Assembly (NCBI GenBank): GCA_027604505.1
Contig: JADIIX010000025.1
Coordinates: forward strand, 179,702 to 199,701
DNA: 20,000 nt
Reading direction: 5' to 3'
From: Gonapodya sp. JEL0774
Lineage: Eukaryota
The notes beneath the pieces were generated by a model. It saw only the letters and a program-made list of their open reading frames with translations, made no database searches and was not told the origin of the DNA. Positions 13,765 through 20,000 of this stretch are shown here, one piece after another; positions within the stretch are counted from its first letter, which is position 1; each line of letters starts with the position of its first letter. The position numbers were made by a program, and so were the translations under genes.

Positions 13765-13862
13765 CGCAACAGTGGTGATGTTAAAAGTACAAAAGTTTCA
13801 AGACGGAAATGAGTTACTCTGTGATTATAAAATTACATGCACTACCAACTGAGCTAGTTGCG
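13765..13862 (+). ncRNA. snR55: Box C/D snoRNA, snR55/U33 homologue (SSU Um1269-equivalent) with a second LSU guide
   Basis: C box GTGATGT 13775-13781, D' ATGA 13809-13812, C' GTGATTA 13821-13827. Guide CATGCACTACCA (13836-13847) lies before D box CTGA 13849-13852 and pairs with SSU UGGUGGUGCAUG with one G-U. Terminal stem cgcaac/gttgcg. Confidence 0.9.
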
Positions 13863-14089
13863 ACGCTGGATGTCTGTGGTTGAACCGTGATCAATAGCTA
13901 ATACGTCGTAACCACGTTGACCTTCATTTCTAACCCGACTTTTCCTTCCACCGCCAGAACCACCACAACCTGAAAAATCGGTGCGTACATCTCCATTACA
14001 TACTGGAACGATCGTGCGTCTCACGTTCGGACACATTGAATGTAAGTATTTCTCCTGTCATTCTGCCCCGTGAAATGTTTGCTGGATCA

Positions 14090-14172
14090 CGATGATGACA
14101 AACACACGAAATGCCAGTTCTGCTACTGAGCCTACGGGCGATGTTGAGAAATCGTACGCAAATTGTCTGAAT
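14090..14172 (+). ncRNA. snR61: Box C/D snoRNA, snR61/U38 homologue (LSU Am1133-equivalent)
   Basis: Perfect C box ATGATGA 14092-14098. Guide GCCAGTTCTGCT (14113-14124) is complementary to LSU AGCAGAACUGGC and is followed by A-CTGA (D' 14126-14129), as in U38. D box CTGA 14167-14170. Confidence 0.92.
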
Positions 14173-14394
14173 TCTGCTGTCTTGGTTCTTTAATTGTATT
14201 TGTTGTGCGCGAACAAGGTCGCATCTTACTGCAGGGTGTATTTCTGACGTACCTTGCATCTCCACTAGACGGCCGCAGTGTTTGAACACACGTCATCACC
14301 AATTTTCTGATTGATATGCTTGGTAAGTTCGACATCTCATGCACTCTCAACATACAATGGGCCTGCGGCAATCGCACCTCAAATCAAGAAATCT

Positions 14395-14488
14395 GACTCT
14401 GATGATTAAAAATAGTTATATCCGTGTTTCACATGAATATCCCTTCCGGGTTGTGATTTGACGCTATTTCCCGAATCTGATTTCAGTC
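14395..14488 (+). ncRNA. Box C/D snoRNA with a U18/snR18-like LSU guide
   Basis: C box CTGATGA 14399-14405. Guide TCCGTGTTTCA (14421-14431) is complementary to LSU UGAAACACGGA. D' ATGA 14433-14436, C'-like GTGATTT 14453-14459, D CTGA 14477-14480, flanking gact/agtc. It lies within the intron starting gtaagt at 14323. Confidence 0.8.
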
Positions 14489-15425
14489 TGTTTTTGTGAC
14501 ACGGGCACGTTTGTCGCATGCAGCACCCGGAAGCAGTTTTGTGTTGGCACTTTTGGAAACTGATCGACATTCATTATCCTTCAGGTCTCGTTTGACCTCG
14601 CATCCCTTCTTGTCTCACCATCACAGGACACTCACTGAGTTTATGATACTAAATGGGCAAGCCCGTTTGCGTCAGGTTTGACTCCACCATGGCTTCAATC
14701 CATGGGAAAGTCTTTTCTGTTCTTTCGATCTTGTCCACTTATCACGGTGGCACGCCTTGTCTGTTGGGAAGCTTCCAAACCTGACGTTGAATCCGCCGCC
14801 TTTTCTCCGCAGCGTCACTTGTAATTCCTTTATTGGAAGTCCACCTGCTCATACTAGTCTGCCGCGACTCCCTCCCCATGAGTTGCTAACGCAGGATTCC
14901 CGAGCCGAAGAGTGTTACGATCCTTTAATAGAACCAAACCACTTCCTTTTGTGGTGGTGAGGTGTCAGGGGGGTTGGACATTTGGATGCATTTTTCATTT
15001 GATGATGAGTACCTTTTGGGCCTAGTTTTGTGAATGAATTTTCTTTTGTTTGCACCAATGACAACCGAGTCCTTGTCTACATGTTCCATGAGACAAGCAC
15101 AAAGGGACGCAATGGAATGGTCAGTATGTCAGTCTTTCACTTTTGCATAATCCTTTCTAGAAGAACTCAACGGAACAGGATTATGGTGTTACCCTCACTG
15201 GAACGGGAAGCACGGAACGGAAAGTAGTCAAGAAGAACTGGATCTAAATATATGATGCAGCTGGCAACGGTTCAAACCAATGTTATGTCCTGTGTTTAGA
15301 GTGTGCATTTGAGAACGTAATGGATCAAAATATTCTTCAATACCCCCACGAGGAGTGTCAGAGCACATCAGCATAAGCTGGTGGTGGCAGTCTCCGAACC
15401 AGGAATGCATGTGGCTGGGCACCGT

Positions 15426-16591
15426 CTAAGGAACTTCTCGTGTCACTTGAACATACATTCTCTTACATAGCGATACGACCTCGCTCCCGCCAGCCGCTAC
15501 TTTCGTAAAACCCGTATCTGGTGTTTTTATGGAAAGTGCATGGTGGAGGTAGGCGAAAATTGTTGCGTCGAGGAGCGATGGGGGCAAATCGGGTGGACGA
15601 GCGGTGATGTGTGTTGAGATGGAGACTAGTGCGATACGGGCAGAAGTAAGGAGCTAAAAACAAAAGATGAAAGCATAAAAGAGGCTGTGTCTCGAAAAGG
15701 CCCCACCAAACGACAGCGTCGTTACCAACACACCTCATCTTTTCGTGTAATTGGTTGCCTCGCGGCAACCCACCGCTGGGCTTTCGATTGCTCCATCCAC
15801 CCTAAGATCATTGAGAGTGGACTCGGAAAATGTGAATCATACCACGGTTGCGTGATGTGGTTGAAGTTTGGAGGGGACAGGAGGAAATGGTAAAGCTGAA
15901 CAAGATTGATGCCAAGGGACCAAGGTCTGAAATGAGTGCAGCGGGATCTCGAAGGTTACTCAGTTTTCTAAAATAACACTCACAAAAGCGGCGCGAAGGC
16001 GTAGGTTGGCTAGGGCGATGAATGCGAGCTCATCCGACGTAGTTTGCCGGTACGCCTGAAAGTTTCGAAGAAACACGTTGATGGGCCATAGGCGATCCAA
16101 CAGTACATGAGCATTTGCGGAATCTACACACTCCCAGAGATTGGTGCTTGCCTTCGAACTAATCTCATCGACAACTTCGCTTCCAGATAGTAACCGCCCA
16201 TCTGCAGTGACCAATACCGGTAATCGGCTGTTGGGAGACATATCTGAGTTGATGGTATGTCGGACAACATGTGGGTATGAGGTGAGCTTTGCGTACGCCT
16301 TGATGATGGTTGAAAAATGTTCCAGCTTCGCGCGGAGCGATTTTCGGCATCTGATCGAAATCTCACTTGTACAATCAAGCAGTCCACGTCGAAGCTCAAG
16401 CCATCTGTGGCACCCTTTGCTGGTGGGTGCAGAAAGAGCTCCGCGACTCCATCTCGAGTATTGGGAACAGGTGGCGGATCGTACTGTGCAGGAGCAATAT
16501 GGATGGGAAATCGATCCGTGAAAGAACGCCAGACGTCCGTCAGAGGCGTGAGAACACGGTGTACAGTTTCAACCGCCGGATTCAGATTCAT
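15426..16591 (-). CDS. Metaxin/Sam35-like mitochondrial outer-membrane SAM complex subunit (GST-like fold); exons 16591-16367, 16298-16152, 16055-15984, 15895-15734, 15653-15426
   Basis: Spliced product: FTDRFPIHI...LFLHP...LSFDVDCLIVQ/AYAKL...MSPNSRLPVL...AFIALANLRLRAAF/LYHFLLSPPNFNHITQPWYDSHFPSPLS.../PSLLDATIFAYLH...EVVSLCKRMY...*. This matches the motif order of metaxins. All exons are phase 0. The 16056-16151 intron is inferred (GC-AG). Confidence 0.82.
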
Positions 16592-16979
16592 GAGTGTTCG
16601 TTCATGGTGGTTTACGCAAAATAATCTATCCCACCACACAACCCAAACTCAATCACCACCAAACGACCATTCTTCTGAGAGATTAGAGACTGCCCTTGTG
16701 CTCGCACTGTCAAGTAACAATTCACACGGCAATTTTTCGAATTTTCTTACAATCTGACCCAAGTGCGGTTTCTGATCACAAAGTAGAAATATTTGATGAC
16801 TGAAATCGAACACTGCAATCTCGATTCTTAAAGCTACTGCTGGTGTATGATGGCGGTAATTCAAAATATAACAGGTCTCGCATGGCCAAAAACAAAAATT
16901 CGCTCTGTTCTTTAGTTCTGAACCACAGGCTCGTCCCAGCCAAAAGCCCGATCGACCCACCCATCTCCATCCACTGCTT
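16592..16979. promoter_or_regulatory. Probable bidirectional promoter between the metaxin-like gene and TRM13
   Basis: 388 bp between divergent start codons. Inferred from gene geometry only; no specific motif was identified. Confidence 0.5.
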
Positions 16980-19247
16980 ATGGAGACCAGCACTATGCCG
17001 ATCCCTATTCTCATGCGTGCGACAAGAGCTGCGGGAGATAGACAGCCGAATCCAAACTCCAACCGATCTCAAAAGCGATTGCGAAAGAAGATGAGGCTGC
17101 TGGAGAAAACTGCCAGCATTGGCGAAGGCGCGGATGCAGAAGTGGATACAGGAGATGAAACGAGCTCGCTTCCTTCAGACCCAATTGCATTGGGTTCCTC
17201 TGTGGTAGATTCCTCCGCGCTTCCCCCCCCGGTGCCGGGACGCTGTCATTTCTTTATATGGGGAAAAAATCGCTATTGTAGGCAAATGCTACCCGCCAAT
17301 GCCCCAGCTGTGCTTCTCTGTGCTGAGCACCGCCTGCCCCAAAATGGAGCGCCCGAAAACAAATCCGACCGCATCCCATGCCCTTATGACCCGAAGCACA
17401 CTGTGGATACCAGACTGATGCGCAAGCACCTGCTATGTTGCAACTCCAGACCACTACCTACTCCACCCTACATTGTGAAAGGCGTCAACTCTGGACGTCC
17501 ACCAAACGAACCTTCACTTTTTTCGTCGGAAAACGCCAAACAGCTTACAGCACGTGAGAAGCTGCAATCTCTCAGTCCAGAAGAGTTTGATCGCTTGGCG
17601 GATAAAATTCGGCGAATGTACGCTTTCGTTCCACCTCGCGCAAAGGAAGTGATGACCCACGTCGTCGGTAAACATCTCAAGTAAGTCTTGGAACTCCCTG
17701 GATCGCACTCTCTGTGCTTGTCAGGAAATCAAGGATACTTGAAGATATCTCCTCACCTGGGGAGCTGCAGCTCCCCGAGCACTTTGCAACTCGGCAGACG
17801 GTACTAAGAGTTGTTGCTTGTGGTGGTATCATGCAGGACTGTTATCACATTTTCGTTCGCCTTCCATCGCTCAGAGGTACCGCCCACCTCTCAAAACACC
17901 CCGTGCAGCAAACGTCCCTTGTTGGCCATCTTGCGAACCTCGATGCGTTGGGTCGCGATAATATATTCGTAGAGTTTGGGGCGGGACGTGGTGAGTTGAG
18001 TTTGTGTAGAATGCACTGTTGTTGCTGTAGAAGGGACAATGCTGACTGATTTCGTGTGTTGCATTTTTGGGTAGCTGAACTCAGTTTGTTCGTTCGAGAA
18101 GCGGTAGGTGACCCTTCAACGTTCGCCGCAGTTGATCGGAGCAACTTTAAACGAAAGGTGAACTGATTTGCTTCACTAGCATGGTAGTTTGTCGGCAGCC
18201 ATCGGACGCTTTTGTTCACCCATGCCCTCTTCAGATCGACCATCTCATTCAACGACCATATCCTCCACCACCTGTCCTCTCCACTTTCCATCGCGTCAAA
18301 GCTGATATTGCTGATTTGGACTTGACGAAATATGTGATCTGGTTAGCGTCAGGTGGCCCGGAAAAGGAGGAGGGACGACCGCCTCAGCCTTCTCGGTGGG
18401 CCAAAAGGAAGGCGGAAACAGTTGAAGAGATGGGAGACTCTCGAAAACACAAAGTATTGGAAGATCTGTCATCTGAGGGCTCGTTTGTTAAGCAGACCAC
18501 AGAGAAAGTACTCGAACGGAATGACGTGGAAAATGTAGCCAACCCTACCTCGACCACCAACTCCCTCTTAGAACCTTCACACCTGCCTCCTGTCGTCGCC
18601 TTCTCCAAACACCTATGTGGAATCGCAACCGATTTGACGTTACGTTCCCTTGCTGCTCACCGCGCTCGAGGAGGCAAAATACGGGGAATCCTCGTCGCTC
18701 TGTGCTGTCACCAGCTCTGCAGGTTAGCGTGATGTAGATGCCCTTTGCTCATTCAAGGCTATGCAATTGCTTTAGTATGTTTCTGTAGCACGTACGCCTA
18801 CTGCCGCCCCACAATCACACCCGAATCCGAAGAGGTGTTTGACGACGTGGAGTTTCCACTTGTGGCTATTATAACGACGTGGGCTGTGTGTGGTGCGCCT
18901 GTCGATGATTACAATCTGCCAGGAGCGGTGGATGAGGAAGATGGAGGGAACGACAATGATTTTGGGTGTGCTGTAGAGGAGGAAGATGTTGGACATGGGT
19001 AAGGCAATTCTTTGGCTTTTCTTTGGGGAATTCGGTCGACCAACACCACGAATTCTTCAGTCCACATTGGTCTCGCCTCACTTACTCTGAACGGCGTGAG
19101 CTTGGACTTCAAGCGAAGCGTGTACTGGACTGGGGACGTGTTCGCTGGTTGCACGAACAAGGATTCGAAGGGGCGCGACTTGTTGAGTATGTAGATCAAG
19201 ACGCAAGCCTGGAGAACGTGGCGGTAGTTTGGGGACCAACCTTCTGA
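16980..19247 (+). CDS. TRM13: tRNA:m(4)X 2'-O-methyltransferase Trm13 (exons 16980-17680, 17875-17990, 18075-18157, 18235-18722, 18789-18998, 19061-19247)
   Basis: CCCH finger CHFFIWGKNRYC...LCAEH and CHHC finger RIPCPYDPKHTV...KHLLCCN. Further motifs KHPVQQTSLVGHL, FVEFGAGRAELS, VKADIADLDL, SKHLCGIATDLTLR, ALCCHQLC, AKRVLDWGRVRWL and SLENVAV. Introns are GT-AG and in phase. Confidence 0.95.
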
Positions 19248-19327
19248 GAGGTTGCAAACCTTAGTTGCGGTAGGAGAACGGGCTTTGGGAGAGCCGATCT
19301 CGGAATCCTGTGGGTGAAGTTTTGTTT

Positions 19328-19383
19328 GGGGAAGGGTGTGTGGGTGTGTGTGGGTGGGTGGGTGCGGGGGGATGGGGTTGGGG
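19328..19383 (+). repeat. G/T-rich low-complexity tract
   Basis: ggggaagggtgtgtgggtgtgtgtgggtgggtgggtgcggggggatggggttgggg, about 80 nt after the TRM13 stop. Confidence 0.7.
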
Positions 19384-20000
19384 AGTGGAGACGGGAGATC
19401 ACCCTCTGTTTATCTCAATCGTCTTGACCATACGCCAACTGAAGAAGGTGCGGAGGGGAGTCCGCTGGTACCCCATCGAACCTGGATTTGAACACAGTAA
19501 GGGAACTTCTCGGCTTCGAACAAAATTTTCTGCGGAAAGAAGAAAAAGGGAGACTGTGCTTAGCTTATTTTCATGGACAGAGTCAACAAAATTGCATGTG
19601 GGAGGAACGCGTAAACAGTAGTCAAGCGAGTCTTTTGCGGCAGATCCCCCTTCAGGCGGTCAACGGAACCGGCCTGCAGAGGGTCAGTCTCAACAACAGA
19701 GACCGCAGCAGGATGATTGTGCCAGACAAGACTCTTTGAGAAACATCGATTGGCGTACCAGGGCAAGTGATTTAAGCGTGTTATGATACACATGTACGGT
19801 TTATTAAAGTAGGAAAAACTAAGAAATCAGTAGCATTAGGTAGGAGCAATAGAGTTGTTCCTTCGAAACGTGAAGTTAAGTTCTCGTGGTGAGTCCCGCA
19901 AAGTCCCAAATGTCATGTGGTGGTTGTATCTGCTTGTTTGACGCATCTCAAGTCCGTACAGTAGCAATCAGTTCATTAGCATCCTTCCACACAGTTGCCG

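Larger units (their letters stand above)
13056..14584 (+). ncRNA. Spliced non-coding snoRNA host transcript (span of predicted introns; true ends unknown)
   Basis: Regular donor/branch/acceptor sets: 13056-13112; 13352-13634 (branch tgctgac ~13598); 13704-13957 (gtgagt, ttctaac); 14042 or 13981 to 14268 (gtaagt, ttctgac); 14323-14584 or 14626 (gtaagt, aactgat). The last four introns each enclose one C/D snoRNA. The exons show no recognisable protein. Confidence 0.72.

Noticed and set aside
14957..15095. Possible fifth C/D snoRNA (donor-like gtgagg 14957, ATGATGA 15002-15008)
   Set aside because: No CTGA D box at a suitable distance, no terminal stem and no rRNA-complementary guide that I recognise.
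12876..15422. Many 60-105 aa ORFs between IQGAP and the metaxin-like gene
   Set aside because: They have no recognisable motifs, many use non-ATG starts, and several cross the snoRNAs and their introns. They are best read as chance ORFs.
19334..19364. Resemblance to yeast TG1-3 telomeric repeat
   Set aside because: It is only about 30 nt, internal and irregular, and normal sequence continues afterwards.
19488..19793. Short ORFs and a Q-rich open frame downstream of TRM13
   Set aside because: No supported start or splice structure and no recognisable domain.

Overview
Intron-rich eukaryotic DNA, most likely from a fungus (probably an early-diverging lineage; this is inferred from the gene families and intron style). 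The ORF track fragments the real genes. Splicing by hand gives six protein-coding genes: a C2-domain protein (+139..1430), GAPDH (+2025..3777), an ADAM-type membrane metalloprotease with an unusual somatomedin-B module (+4040..6972), IQGAP (-7073..~12753), a metaxin/Sam35-like protein (-15426..16591) and TRM13 (+16980..19247). The apparently empty 2.7 kb between IQGAP and the metaxin gene holds a spliced non-coding host gene with four intronic box C/D snoRNAs. Three are snR57, snR55/U33 and snR61/U38, in the same order as the yeast cluster. The fourth carries a U18-like guide in a shifted register, and the snR55 homologue has a second, U21-like guide. The strongest novelty candidates are this expanded snoRNA cluster, the ADAM domain architecture and the enzyme-like C-terminal domain of the C2 protein. 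rRNA targets and family assignments come from remembered conserved sequences, not from searches.
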